Source: a virus (lineage: Duplodnaviria > Caudoviricetes). From it: a stretch of DNA of 64,000 nucleotides. A program made the translations under genes and the position numbers. Where the stretch lies: the IMG/VR virus record IMGVR_UViG_3300035703_002708. The stretch is one strand, 5' to 3'. Under the pieces are notes generated by a model that was not told the DNA's origin, ran no database searches, and saw nothing but the letters and a program-made list of their open reading frames with translations. This document shows positions 44,082-54,547 of this stretch, piece after piece. Position 1 is the stretch's first letter. Every line of letters begins with the position of its first letter.

Positions 44082-44893
44082 ACGGTTTGCGGTTCATATT
44101 TTATCTGTCTGTCAATACTGAAAAAATATTCTTTTTTTGCAGACTCAATCCAAAATTTGATTTCATCAGGAACCATAACATCTGAACCATTTTTGTAATT
44201 CCAAAAAATTGAACCTTCTCGTAGATTTACGTGCTTGTATCCAATTTTAGGAATCGTCATAATTTTGACTGAATTATGTGTCATTCTTAACATAAATTCA
44301 TAGACAAATGTCAATTTTATTGATGGTTTAAATTTACCGTATTGTTCAAATACTGATTTTTTTATCACCATACCAGACGACTGGAAGTTTTGGTAATTTT
44401 GCAAAGTTTCATTAGTTAGAATACCCATATCAGGTGAGAAGTTTGCGGCAAATGTTGCTTCATTAGTAAATCCCGCAAACACACCTTTATCGTCAATATC
44501 TACAACAATTGGTAGAAATGCTTCAACATCTTTATATGATTTAACATATAGGTTTACATTTTTAAACCAAATTGACGAGTATTCATCATCGAATTCAAAA
44601 AATGAAACCCATTCTGAAGTTGAGTTATCAACACCATAATTAATTTGTGAACAAAAATTAGGCTCGTCCTTCCAAACTAATTTTTTAACCGTAAGGTCAC
44701 CAAAGTCATATGAGTCAAGAGCACTTGTAAGTGTATCTTCATCAGTATGTACAATGATTAGTTCGTTAAATGGAATTTTTTGAGTTTTCAGAGACGTAAT
44801 TGCCTTATCAAAAAGTTCATCAAAGTCTTTAACCTTAGCAGACTTTATAGGTAATATTACAGATAAATTAAGTTTTTCGCTCATATTATTCAA
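44078..44893 (-). CDS. GT2-family glycosyltransferase
   Basis: LSVILPI, QINYGV and VSFFEFDDEY (GT-A DxD-like). Confidence 0.75.
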   Translation of the reverse strand: MNNMSEKLNLSVILPIKSAKVKDFDELFDKAITSLKTQKIPFNELIIVHTDEDTLTSALDSYDFGDLTVKKLVWKDEPNFCSQINYGVDNSTSEWVSFFEFDDEYSSIWFKNVNLYVKSYKDVEAFLPIVVDIDDKGVFAGFTNEATFAANFSPDMGILTNETLQNYQNFQSSGMVIKKSVFEQYGKFKPSIKLTFVYEFMLRMTHNSVKIMTIPKIGYKHVNLREGSIFWNYKNGSDVMVPDEIKFWIESAKKEYFFSIDRQIKYEPQTV

Positions 44894-45947
44894 TAGTTTG
44901 TAATTTGTTTAGTTGTTCTTGGAATGGTTCCAATCTTGTTTCGATGTATCTTGTAAATAAATCAATTACCTTGGATTCGAACTCATCGACTTTTGTATAT
45001 TTTTCAGCGGTTTTCTCGATGTTTTCATAAAGAGACTCATTGATATTATCTTCTAACCAATTGTGTAAGAAGTCAGATACGAAATCAACAATTTGGTTTT
45101 GTTCTCTAATCCAAACACCATTTTCTTCATTCATCCATTCAGGAAACAAATTTGGTATTTTACCAATGACTGGTACACCAACTTTCATAGATTCTAATGG
45201 GAATGTCCCAAATCCACTTGTTGAGTCAATCCAAACCGATAAAAAACAATCTTTAAGTGCGTTTGCAAATTCTTTTTGTGATAGTCCTCTCATATCTCTA
45301 AAAGTAACCCAACGATACTGAGGGTATTTTAAATAGAAAGTTTTAATCAGGGTCATTGTGTCTCTTTGGTCTCTTGTATGAATCGCAATAATTGGTTTTG
45401 GGGGTAATTCCTGTTTTTGGAAAACATTAGAAATCACAGGTGTTAAAATATCAAAAGAAGTACCTTTCATTACTGAACTTACGTATTGTTTTTGTTCCTC
45501 AGATGTGGTAATACATTTTGTAAACCCATATTGCGCCCATGTTTGACCAGGCTGTAGTGTTTCAACTATGTGGTCGTAAGCTTGACATAATACAATTTTA
45601 GCACAAGGAAGGTTTGTTAATTGCGGCATCACAAATCCATAAAGTTCTGGCACGATGATAAAATCTTCAGGGGATACCTCCAAATTCTGACCTTCAATCG
45701 CTCTATGAGGTAGTTCATCCATGTATTCTTGACCTAACCAATTCGCTACTCCTGTATAATCAGGTTTTTCATGTAGAATAATCGAATTAAATCCTGCTCG
45801 CTTCAGTGTCATGGCCATTTGGTAGGTATGTGCAATACCTGCCTTAGCATTACCTTTGGTGTCTTGTACCATAAAATAAATCCTTACAGATTTGTTTTTA
45901 AGGTTCTCTACTGATTTCTCTAAATTTTTAATTTGTTCGGGTGTCAT
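44886..45947 (-). CDS. GT-B (GT4-like) glycosyltransferase
   Basis: GFGTFPLESMKVGVPVIG donor-binding motif. Confidence 0.7.
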   Translation of the reverse strand: MTPEQIKNLEKSVENLKNKSVRIYFMVQDTKGNAKAGIAHTYQMAMTLKRAGFNSIILHEKPDYTGVANWLGQEYMDELPHRAIEGQNLEVSPEDFIIVPELYGFVMPQLTNLPCAKIVLCQAYDHIVETLQPGQTWAQYGFTKCITTSEEQKQYVSSVMKGTSFDILTPVISNVFQKQELPPKPIIAIHTRDQRDTMTLIKTFYLKYPQYRWVTFRDMRGLSQKEFANALKDCFLSVWIDSTSGFGTFPLESMKVGVPVIGKIPNLFPEWMNEENGVWIREQNQIVDFVSDFLHNWLEDNINESLYENIEKTAEKYTKVDEFESKVIDLFTRYIETRLEPFQEQLNKLQTIE

Positions 45948-45948
45948 A

Positions 45949-46212
45949 TTAATATTTGTTGATTAATTTTTTATTCAATAGTGAGTTAAAAGCAATTTTG
46001 AATGGAATGGTCAATCCTCCGCCACTCTTTAATCCTAATGTTTCGTCTATTTCTTCATCTTCAGTCATAATAACTTCCATCATCATTTTTACAACTTCGT
46101 ATTTTACAACATTAATGTGCATTTCACTACCACCACTTGCCGAAGGGATATTTATATATTTTTCAATTTCGTCGATATCAACGTAATAAGTGTCATTAAA
46201 GATTTTGAACAT
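45949..46212 (-). CDS. Hypothetical protein
   Basis: 87-aa ORF coupled to its neighbours. Confidence 0.7.
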   Translation of the reverse strand: MFKIFNDTYYVDIDEIEKYINIPSASGGSEMHINVVKYEVVKMMMEVIMTEDEEIDETLGLKSGGGLTIPFKIAFNSLLNKKLINKY

Positions 46213-46877
46213 TATGCGTATTGTTTTATAATGTTTTCCAACATAGTTTCAAATTCCTTTATTGAAGAAATTGTGTATGGTGAAGAAACGTGTTTATTGT
46301 ATTTTGTTTCGTATTTAACCACGATTTTGTTCTGTGGATGATTTAATAATAAGTCAGGATTTGCCGTAAGTAAAACATCTACTTCATCCCACATAGATTT
46401 AATTGTTTGGTTAGAATAAAATTTTACCTTTTCTAATAAACAACCAAATTTCGATATGAAAAAAAGTGATGCGGGTTTTGACTTTCCAATCTCATCTGAC
46501 ACAATCAACAAATCATGTTCATCTCTTAATTTTATATATAAATCATTAAGGTCATTAAATGATGTCATTTCGGCTGATGGGGCGTGACCAAAAATTTGCA
46601 TCGGAAATTCTTGGTACATAAAATTATAAAGTTCATCGTTGTTTGGAAATGCAAAATGTTTTGACAAGTCTATTGAATCGACTTCGGACAAGACCTCGTA
46701 TTTAAATGGAGTTTCTACTTTAGATAAAATCTCTTTATATTCCTCGTTATTATCAATCGCTTCGTAGGTCTTGAGTTTTTCGTCGTATTCCTCGTCGATT
46801 AGATATCTCTCGTAAGTTTGTTTAAACTTCTCGATGGTGTCTCTTAAAACACCATTTAATTCAATACCGATTTTCAT
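46212..46877 (-). CDS. 5'(3')-deoxyribonucleotidase-like HAD-fold protein with a non-canonical motif I
   Basis: MKIGIELNGVLRD in place of IxxDxDGVL. Confidence 0.55.
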   Translation of the reverse strand: MKIGIELNGVLRDTIEKFKQTYERYLIDEEYDEKLKTYEAIDNNEEYKEILSKVETPFKYEVLSEVDSIDLSKHFAFPNNDELYNFMYQEFPMQIFGHAPSAEMTSFNDLNDLYIKLRDEHDLLIVSDEIGKSKPASLFFISKFGCLLEKVKFYSNQTIKSMWDEVDVLLTANPDLLLNHPQNKIVVKYETKYNKHVSSPYTISSIKEFETMLENIIKQYA

Positions 46878-47602
46878 TCTTCGTATCTTTTTAGTAATTT
46901 ACTAATTAATGGATTTCTCACAACATCTTTGTCTGAAAATTCGAATACTCCGACATCGTCAATACTTTTGAATCGTTGAAGTGCGTCCCACAATCCTGAT
47001 TGACGTTTATCTTTGTATCTGTCAGTTTGTTCCAAATCCCCTGATATAAAAAATTTAGAGTTATAACCAATCCTTGTCAATAATAATTTCATTTGATTTG
47101 GTGTTGCGTTTTGTGCCTCCTCAAAAATCAAAATGGTGTTATCGATATTCATACCTCTCATATACGCTAAAGCGAATACTTCGATGATTTCCGCTTCTTT
47201 GAGTTTTTCTCTTGCCTCTTTACCAACAATTTTATTTAGTAGGTAATAAGAAGGGAAAATATAAGGGTCTAATTTTTCCTCTACGTTTCCTGGTAATGAA
47301 CCTAATTTTTCTTCAGCCTCAACTGCAGGACGAACAATTACTAACTTTTCGTATGAATTGGTGGGGTCCAAAAGTAAATCAACCGCTGCCTTCATCGAAA
47401 TATAACTTTTACCGACACCAGCAGGACCTGAACACAATACTATTTGATTATTAGTTAATAATTCATAGTAAGTCTTTTGACTTTCGGTAAGAAATTTATT
47501 TCTGATTTTTTTTGTCACTAAAGAATTGATATAATCTTTTTTTGACATTTTTCTTTCGACAGGTTCAGCTTTCGGAGTATTCTGTTTTTTTCTTTGCGTC
47601 AT
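46874..47602 (-). CDS. phoH: PhoH-family ATPase
   Basis: GPAGVGKS, RPAVEA, LGSLPG, LAYMRG, EEAQN, GDLEQTD and VVRNPL. Confidence 0.92.
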   Translation of the reverse strand: MTQRKKQNTPKAEPVERKMSKKDYINSLVTKKIRNKFLTESQKTYYELLTNNQIVLCSGPAGVGKSYISMKAAVDLLLDPTNSYEKLVIVRPAVEAEEKLGSLPGNVEEKLDPYIFPSYYLLNKIVGKEAREKLKEAEIIEVFALAYMRGMNIDNTILIFEEAQNATPNQMKLLLTRIGYNSKFFISGDLEQTDRYKDKRQSGLWDALQRFKSIDDVGVFEFSDKDVVRNPLISKLLKRYEE

Positions 47603-48632
47603 TTTTATTTACATTATTGTTAATCCATTGATAAGTTTTTTCTAATCCATAAATCAATGGTTGTGAGACCGACCAACCTATTTTTTCTTTATAAAGTTTG
47701 TTATCAGAATTTCTACCTTTAACACCAACAGGGCATTTAAATCCATATTTTTGTTTGAAGTCTTCACCTGATATATTATATATTTTAATGTTTTTTCTTG
47801 AAATATCAATGGCCATTTGAGCCAGTTGGTTTATAGTAACCATTTCCTCAGAACCGATATTTACAGGTCCTTTGAAATCACTATCCATTAATCTTAATAC
47901 CGCCTCAACACACTCGTCGATGTATAAAAATGACCTAGTTTGTTGACCATCTCCCCAAACTTCAATCTCACTACCTTCAGGTGTTTCAGAAACTTTTCTA
48001 CACATAGCAGCGGGAGCTTTTTCCTTACCTCCATTCCAAGTACCGTAAGGTCCAAAAATGTTATGGAATCTTGCGACTCTAACATCTAAACCATAGTTTC
48101 TATTAAAAGCAAAATACAATCTTTCACTGAAAAGTTTTTCCCAACCATACTCTGAATCGGGATTTGCCGGGTAAGCGGACGATTCTTCACAATTTGGGTT
48201 ATTAGGGTCTAGTTGATTATGTTCGGGATACATACAAGCCGAAGATGAGTAAAATATTTTTTTAACATTCATCATCGTTGCGTAGTACGAAACATTCAAA
48301 TTAATTAATGCCGAATTGTGCATTACATCGGCATCATTTTCTCCTGTGAAAATATATCCCGCACCTCCCATATCGGCAGCCAATTGATAGACCTCGTCAA
48401 AACTATTTTCTTTATCGTCTAACGACTTTTGATTCGGACCGAACATTATTTTACTTACAAGTTGTGCGTCTCTCAAATCTCCTTGTATAAATTCAGTACA
48501 AAATTCGTGTTGGTCGAAATATTCATGTTGTTTTATGTCTACAACTCTTACGAAATTACCTTCAGTAAATAATCTTTTCGCGAGATGACCACCTATGAAT
48601 CCGCCACCTCCTAATATTAATATATTTTTCAT
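47565..48632 (-). CDS. NAD-dependent epimerase, GDP-mannose 3,5-epimerase-like
   Basis: GGGGFIGGHL, QLAADMGGAGYI, YSSSACMYP, YGWEK and GREK-like GKEKAPAAMCRK. Confidence 0.8.
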   Translation of the reverse strand: MKNILILGGGGFIGGHLAKRLFTEGNFVRVVDIKQHEYFDQHEFCTEFIQGDLRDAQLVSKIMFGPNQKSLDDKENSFDEVYQLAADMGGAGYIFTGENDADVMHNSALINLNVSYYATMMNVKKIFYSSSACMYPEHNQLDPNNPNCEESSAYPANPDSEYGWEKLFSERLYFAFNRNYGLDVRVARFHNIFGPYGTWNGGKEKAPAAMCRKVSETPEGSEIEVWGDGQQTRSFLYIDECVEAVLRLMDSDFKGPVNIGSEEMVTINQLAQMAIDISRKNIKIYNISGEDFKQKYGFKCPVGVKGRNSDNKLYKEKIGWSVSQPLIYGLEKTYQWINNNVNKNDAKKKTEYSES

Positions 48633-49516
48633 TTTTTAAAAAAGTTTTTTATAAATTTTTCTAAATCTCCTGTTGGTCTCCAATTAGACATGGATTTTAA
48701 CTTTTCAGAATTGGATAAAGTTTTTTTAGGCTCTACGACACTTCCTATATATTCAACTTCAGAATCAATTAAATTGCATATCTCATTTATTTTGTAATCG
48801 TTACCGTTACCGACGTTGAATATTTCGAAATCAGATTCCAATGACAAACATTCAACATTTGCGTTTACTACATCATCTACGTGTGTAAAATCTCGAGATT
48901 GTTCGCCATCATTTGTTATTGGTATTGGATTTCCTATCAAGAAATTTTTTTTAAAAATAGACAGTGCTGTAATATATTGACCATTCAGAGGCATACTATC
49001 ACCATAGACGTTAAAATACCTAAGACAAAAAGTTTTAATGTTATATAAATCCGAATAAATTTTACAATATTGTTCACCAATAAGTTTTTGTAACCCGTAT
49101 GGTGATTTGGGATTTAAATTTTTTGAAGTCTCGACAAAAGGTAGTTCGTCATCACCGTAAACAGATGAAGACGAGCTAAAAATAAACCTTTCAACACCAT
49201 ATTTTCTACACATATCGAGTAGATTAACAGTACCTGTTACATTCACTTCGTTGAATTTTACAGGGTCTTTAATTGATGGTTGTACTCTAGCTAAAGCCGC
49301 TAAGTGAAATACACAATCAACTTTGCCAATCTGTTCAAAAATTTTTGTCAATTCATCATAATTAACGATATCTGTTTCGAACAAAACATCGCCAAAATTA
49401 GGTTGTGAACTATTTGATAGATTATCTATCACATAAACAAAATGACCTAATGATTTTAATTTTTTTACTAAATTGTGACCAATAAATCCACATCCACCTG
49501 TTACTAATATCTTCAT
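48629..49516 (-). CDS. NAD-dependent nucleotide-sugar epimerase/dehydratase (UDP-hexose 4-epimerase-like)
   Basis: TGGCGFIG, HLAA, SSSSVYG, YGLQK and RYFNVYG. Confidence 0.85.
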   Translation of the reverse strand: MKILVTGGCGFIGHNLVKKLKSLGHFVYVIDNLSNSSQPNFGDVLFETDIVNYDELTKIFEQIGKVDCVFHLAALARVQPSIKDPVKFNEVNVTGTVNLLDMCRKYGVERFIFSSSSSVYGDDELPFVETSKNLNPKSPYGLQKLIGEQYCKIYSDLYNIKTFCLRYFNVYGDSMPLNGQYITALSIFKKNFLIGNPIPITNDGEQSRDFTHVDDVVNANVECLSLESDFEIFNVGNGNDYKINEICNLIDSEVEYIGSVVEPKKTLSNSEKLKSMSNWRPTGDLEKFIKNFFKK

Positions 49517-49520
49517 ATTT

Positions 49521-50213
49521 TTAATTATAAATCATTTTTTGTAAAATTCCGCAGTTGTATTCGATTAAGTCATTAGACGAATCAACTTTTTTAAGATTGT
49601 ATTTTATGGCAATATTTGTTAATATACTTTGGTCGTGTCTATGTTCTATAAAATTTTTATGATTTGGGTGACCACAAATGTTCGGGAGGTCTGTGACTAT
49701 GTTTTCATTTCTACAATAATCCAACCATTCCTCAATTAACTTTAGATTTGATACCGTTTTCCTAAATCCTAAAACCCCCGCTTCTAATTGTACCTGATTA
49801 TGGAAATTTTCAGAGTCGCAATTCATTAAAACGAAACAATCTTTTTTTGTCCAAACATCGTGTGATTCATGTCTCAAATTATTGAATAATAAATAATCGT
49901 TGTTTTCGAAGTGATTCTCAATGAATGAGAAAAATCTATCTTTTGGTAGGTCAGTAGAATCCAAATAAATAACTATATCGTTTTCATTTGACTCTAACAA
50001 TGATTTTAAAATTAAATAAGGTTTCCATAACCAATAACCATATCCTCTTCCATATTTGAATATTTTATGGTTTTCAGTTAAGAACTCATTTGATATGTCT
50101 TCCTTATTATAGATTTCGATATTTTTTATGCCTGAGTTACTTAAGATTTCGACCAAATGTGTTCTTGGTTTAACATAATTGTCTGTGGCAAAAGTTATAA
50201 ATTTAAAATTCAT
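49521..50213 (-). CDS. Putative glycosyltransferase-like protein
   Basis: GYWLWKPYLI, VIYLDS and HRHDQSIL pattern in glycan-cluster context. Confidence 0.5.
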   Translation of the reverse strand: MNFKFITFATDNYVKPRTHLVEILSNSGIKNIEIYNKEDISNEFLTENHKIFKYGRGYGYWLWKPYLILKSLLESNENDIVIYLDSTDLPKDRFFSFIENHFENNDYLLFNNLRHESHDVWTKKDCFVLMNCDSENFHNQVQLEAGVLGFRKTVSNLKLIEEWLDYCRNENIVTDLPNICGHPNHKNFIEHRHDQSILTNIAIKYNLKKVDSSNDLIEYNCGILQKMIYN

Positions 50214-50220
50214 AGTTTCA

Positions 50221-50931
50221 TTAACTTCTTAAGAAATTTATTCCACCGTGTTCTGTTTTCCCCAACTGAAATATTTTTTTTTGGTATGGTAGGTCGAATG
50301 ATGGGGGGTAAACATATCCAGAATCTAATTTTTTCGGTGGATTTTTTATAAAATATTTGTTCATGTGGGATTCATCATGCCATATCGCAATAATGTTGTT
50401 GTCTAAATCTTTTTGTATTTCATTCTGTAGAGTCTCCGTCATTTCTAAAAAACTTTCGTTTTTCCCTCCAAAAAAGCATCCTTGGAAATAGTTTTCTCCT
50501 TCTTCTCCATACCCTACGTATGCTGTCGAATCTGGTCTTCTTTCGAGAGGAAATGCCTGACTTTTTATTATGTTATGAAATCCAGGATGAATCGCTCCAA
50601 CTAATCCTGATTTTTCATCAAATGGAAGTATTTCTTTTCCAATATTTTCTAAAAAAAACATATTTACATTACTGAAAAAAATAAAATCATGGTCAAGTTT
50701 ATCTTTAATCGAGTTTATTAAATGAAATCTCATTAAAGTATCAAATGGCCACCCCATTTTTTTCTGATATATTACGTTCACGTTTTTTCTTGGTCTCAAA
50801 TTGTTCGAATCAGTGAAAATAAAAAATTCCAATTGTTCATCACAAAAAAAATGTTTGATACAACTGGATATTAGTCCATCCACAAATAATTCGTATTTAC
50901 CAGTGGCAATAAAAATATAACAAATTTTCAT
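50221..50931 (-). CDS. GT6-family (ABO-like alpha-1,3-Gal/GalNAc) glycosyltransferase
   Basis: IATGKY, YFQGCFFGG and IWHDESHMNKYF; NxN (SNVN) instead of DxD, as in bacterial GT6. Confidence 0.85.
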   Translation of the reverse strand: MKICYIFIATGKYELFVDGLISSCIKHFFCDEQLEFFIFTDSNNLRPRKNVNVIYQKKMGWPFDTLMRFHLINSIKDKLDHDFIFFSNVNMFFLENIGKEILPFDEKSGLVGAIHPGFHNIIKSQAFPLERRPDSTAYVGYGEEGENYFQGCFFGGKNESFLEMTETLQNEIQKDLDNNIIAIWHDESHMNKYFIKNPPKKLDSGYVYPPSFDLPYQKKIFQLGKTEHGGINFLRS

Positions 50932-50934
50932 ATA

Positions 50935-51531
50935 TTAATTTCTATAAAAAACAACATCATAATTCTCGAAAGAGTGTAAATTTTTTGAGGTACATTCGAA
51001 TCCTAATTTTTTCATCCTTTCTTTAATCAAATTGGTTTCTCTTTTCAATGATGAATCTAAAAATTCATGAAACTCGACGGTAATTTGCCCAATTTTATCA
51101 AAAACAAAATCTGGTGTGTTACTTAACAAATCATATTCTGCCCCTTCAATATCTATTTTGATTATATCCACAAAATCCAAATTATTTTCATAAAAAATTT
51201 CCTCTAATGTTATTGACTTGATTACGTGAGTCACATGTGTGAATTTATTAAACATCACAGAACCATTGTATGGTGAATTGGGGTCTTCATAGAAGTTATA
51301 ATCCATATTTGGTTTACTGGATATTACTCTGTTATAGATTTTGAGTTTGTCTGAATGGGGTAAAGATTTGAAATTTTCGGGACCGGCTTCAACCATAATA
51401 ATTTTATCCACATTATACATTTCATTTAAGTTTAACGAAAACTCACCTTTACAAGCTCCTAAATCAATAATATTTATTTTTTTTCTGAATAAATCATCAA
51501 AAAAAGTGTGTTCCATTATTCTTCTTTCCAT
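50935..51531 (-). CDS. FkbM-family methyltransferase
   Basis: IIDLGACKG, IIKIDIEGAEY and QITVEFH. Confidence 0.85.
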   Translation of the reverse strand: MERRIMEHTFFDDLFRKKINIIDLGACKGEFSLNLNEMYNVDKIIMVEAGPENFKSLPHSDKLKIYNRVISSKPNMDYNFYEDPNSPYNGSVMFNKFTHVTHVIKSITLEEIFYENNLDFVDIIKIDIEGAEYDLLSNTPDFVFDKIGQITVEFHEFLDSSLKRETNLIKERMKKLGFECTSKNLHSFENYDVVFYRN

Positions 51532-52151
51532 CAGTATAAATTTTTTGGATTATTTGTTTTATGAATATCACTCATTTGTGTACTGAAATCAGTTTTCATA
51601 AATTGATAAAATTCTTCATATGTCATAAATTCTTTATCCTCAGTTTTTTTAAGGACACACCAATTTAAGTTACCGTTACTATCAACGTGTTGGTCAAATT
51701 CCAAAATTTGATATCCATAATCCTCCATTTTTTTAAAAAAATCATAATCAGTATAATACCTACAATGATTCTTCCAACTTCCGTACTCAGGTATTTCATG
51801 AATCATAATACCATCCACCATTAACCAGTTGTGTATGTTATTCCAACAATTGTACTGCCCTTCTTCATACTCTACATGTTCTGAAGTTCCGAAATTAGTT
51901 ATGATATCCGCATAGAATTTTTTCGGTTGATAGATTGATAAATCACATAATGTGACCTCTGGATGATTGTGTAAGTCGATACTTAAATATTGTTTGAATC
52001 TATTTTTAAAGAAATTTCTTACGAGTTGTTGGTTATATTCCCCGCCAGAAAAGTTTTGTATCCCTAATTCGAGCAGTGTTTTATTATTTAAATTTTCTAA
52101 TCCTGAAAAAATTTTGTTCAATGAATCTAGTGCTATCGTTGTTACTCCCAT
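51531..52151 (-). CDS. Class I SAM methyltransferase-like protein
   Basis: LLELG, TNFGTSEHV and DGIMIHEIP. Confidence 0.6.
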   Translation of the reverse strand: MGVTTIALDSLNKIFSGLENLNNKTLLELGIQNFSGGEYNQQLVRNFFKNRFKQYLSIDLHNHPEVTLCDLSIYQPKKFYADIITNFGTSEHVEYEEGQYNCWNNIHNWLMVDGIMIHEIPEYGSWKNHCRYYTDYDFFKKMEDYGYQILEFDQHVDSNGNLNWCVLKKTEDKEFMTYEEFYQFMKTDFSTQMSDIHKTNNPKNLY

Positions 52152-52161
52152 TTTTAAAATT

Positions 52162-52938
52162 TTAAATTAACCACCCACCAATTGATTTAAGTGAGTTTAT
52201 TTTAGTTTCTTTTCCCACCATATAATTTGCGTGAACCACCATTTTGTTTTCTTTTAGATTCCACCCGGCAAAAAAAGTATCGTATCCATTTTGGAATTCT
52301 TCAGGGTCATAAACCTCTAAATTAGCGTGAGGGTATTCTTTTATGTTATTACAAACAGAGTTAAGATAATGAAAAAGTACCTCTTGGTCGTTTTGTCGGT
52401 CATTAAGTCTGCTTTTAACTTCATTCAATAAGTAAAAAGACTTATCGTTCTTTTTAACCGAAAAATTACCAGCACATACGTAATTACTGTGTATTGGAAA
52501 GTCCCAACCATTGTTTCTTCTTGTTCTCGGTGAGTCTTGTTGAAAGACAAAATCAAAGTCTTTTAATTTTTCTTTCATAATTGTGCTTGGGTCTTTAAAG
52601 AAAAAAACATCTCCGTCAAAGTAATGCACAATATCATACACCTCTAGATTTTTAATAATTACTTCTATTTTTTTATTCATTATTTTTATAAAACCTGGAG
52701 TGTTAAACGTCTCATAATTAGATACGTCAATATAATCTCTGTATAAAAAAACCCTCTCAACGTTAAAGTTATTTTTGTTCTCCAATAAAAAAGTTTCAAG
52801 ATTGGAAAATGCTTGGCTGTCAAGAGCGGTAACTCTTAAAATATTATTACCGTCATCCAAAACTTTTAAGAAGTTGATAATATTATTTTTAGTTAAATCT
52901 GTGTACCCATTATTACATATTGTTAAATAACAAATCAT
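52162..52938 (-). CDS. Nucleotide-diphospho-sugar transferase (GT77-like)
   Basis: YFDGDVFFFKDP, CAG, NDQ and HANY...K. Confidence 0.7.
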   Translation of the reverse strand: MICYLTICNNGYTDLTKNNIINFLKVLDDGNNILRVTALDSQAFSNLETFLLENKNNFNVERVFLYRDYIDVSNYETFNTPGFIKIMNKKIEVIIKNLEVYDIVHYFDGDVFFFKDPSTIMKEKLKDFDFVFQQDSPRTRRNNGWDFPIHSNYVCAGNFSVKKNDKSFYLLNEVKSRLNDRQNDQEVLFHYLNSVCNNIKEYPHANLEVYDPEEFQNGYDTFFAGWNLKENKMVVHANYMVGKETKINSLKSIGGWLI

Positions 52939-52942
52939 TTTT

Positions 52943-53716
52943 TTAATTTAAGTTTCTATTTTCGTTTATTATTGTTCCGTTTAAAATGTGACCCCACCTT
53001 TCTGCGATTATTTTTTCATTTTTTTTGTCCGCTTCTCTTATTAAGTTGTAACTTTTAGTTCTGGTGGTTCCCCATTCTGGTTTAGAATACCAATCTATCC
53101 AATATAACCCACTTACTTTACCAAGTTTTTCCCATGCTCTAAATGAAATATCATGGTCGTCATATGTTTGAGGTGAAAATATTTCATCATAAAAATCTAA
53201 TTTGACAACATCAGAGTAATTATACATAAGTGGTCCTCGATTAGCTATTTCTCTAACACCAAATTTATCTCTAGGGTAACCTAATTTGCCATCTATAATA
53301 TCGACATGGTCTATTTTGTTTTGGGAATAAACCCTATCATTATGTGCCCTAAAAGATGTTACCGCAAATACATCATCAAAAGTTATAAAAGGCTTCAACA
53401 TCCTCTTATCAAAATCAATTTCATTAATTATCATGTCGTCTTGAATTATTATTACATAATCCGATTCGACATGTTTAAGTCCAAAATTATTGGCTTTTGT
53501 TTCAAATACATCGTCAGTATATAGGTATGTTAGTTTTTTTTGAAATTTTTTCAAAATGTTTTGTGAGATATTTTCACTGTTGTCGGTGCATCCATCATAA
53601 ACAACAATTATTTCTTCTACATTGTTAGAAATGTTTTTCACAATAGATTCACAAACTCGTTCAATTAAGAACTCTTTGTTGTGAATAGTCAACAATATTG
53701 AAACATTTTTTTTCAT
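52943..53716 (-). CDS. GT2-family glycosyltransferase
   Basis: SILLTIHN, IIVVYDGCTD, NNFGL, IIQDD and DDHD. Confidence 0.8.
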   Translation of the reverse strand: MKKNVSILLTIHNKEFLIERVCESIVKNISNNVEEIIVVYDGCTDNSENISQNILKKFQKKLTYLYTDDVFETKANNFGLKHVESDYVIIIQDDMIINEIDFDKRMLKPFITFDDVFAVTSFRAHNDRVYSQNKIDHVDIIDGKLGYPRDKFGVREIANRGPLMYNYSDVVKLDFYDEIFSPQTYDDHDISFRAWEKLGKVSGLYWIDWYSKPEWGTTRTKSYNLIREADKKNEKIIAERWGHILNGTIINENRNLN

Positions 53717-54546
53717 ATGTTGATATTAGAAAATTTATTTGCAAAAAATAAAAAGGAACTTTTAGAGTTTTGTAATATGTTTGTTTTAGAAAGAATCAAC
53801 ATATCTTCGAAGGCTTCTATTACTGATTGTTTTGACCTTTTCACGTTAAAGTTGAATACTCTACCTTCATTGTCCATAGTTAAATCATTCCACCCACCGT
53901 CTTTGAATTTCTCAACGTAGGATGTTTTATCATTAACTATGGTATTTGGAAGAATTTTGAACAGACTTTCAGTTTGTTGGTCGTCGGAACACACGAAATA
54001 TTTTTGTTGTAAATTATTTTTTACATAATTAATGACAGAATTATCATCTATTCTATACATAGAATCAGTTTTTCTAAGGTGAATTCCGATGGTACTTTTA
54101 TTTATTTCATTTTTTAATACGAATGAATTTACTTTATTAATGATTGACTTTTTTATTTTTAAAAAAGAAAGTTTGGACATTGACTCACTCTCAGAGAAGA
54201 CCTCTGAAATTTTATTATGATAATAAACAATAGTTTTTCCGAATGATGCTGCCTCAGTGTAGGTTTCAGACGAATGTTTGAGTTTGATTTTTGGATTAAA
54301 ATTAGTCTGATTTTCGTGAATCAAAAAAACATCATCGATGTGTTTACTGAAAATTTCGTTTATGTTGTTCCTTATGACTGGTAAATTTACCTCAAATAAA
54401 TCATCAAAACTACAACCACACCAAGAGTTCTCCGGCCAACATACAATTGGTGAATAATTTATTAAGTCCGAAACAAGCAAACCACCGATTAATGTCCCTA
54501 AACGATTACCCAACCCCCCATCACAAAAAATTATAATATTATTCAT
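53713..54546 (-). CDS. Fucosyltransferase-like (GT11/GT23-type fold) protein
   Basis: GGLGNRL, IGIHLRKTD, FVCSDD and SSF motifs. Confidence 0.65.
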   Translation of the reverse strand: MNNIIIFCDGGLGNRLGTLIGGLLVSDLINYSPIVCWPENSWCGCSFDDLFEVNLPVIRNNINEIFSKHIDDVFLIHENQTNFNPKIKLKHSSETYTEAASFGKTIVYYHNKISEVFSESESMSKLSFLKIKKSIINKVNSFVLKNEINKSTIGIHLRKTDSMYRIDDNSVINYVKNNLQQKYFVCSDDQQTESLFKILPNTIVNDKTSYVEKFKDGGWNDLTMDNEGRVFNFNVKRSKQSVIEAFEDMLILSKTNILQNSKSSFLFFANKFSNINI

Positions 54547-54547
54547 T

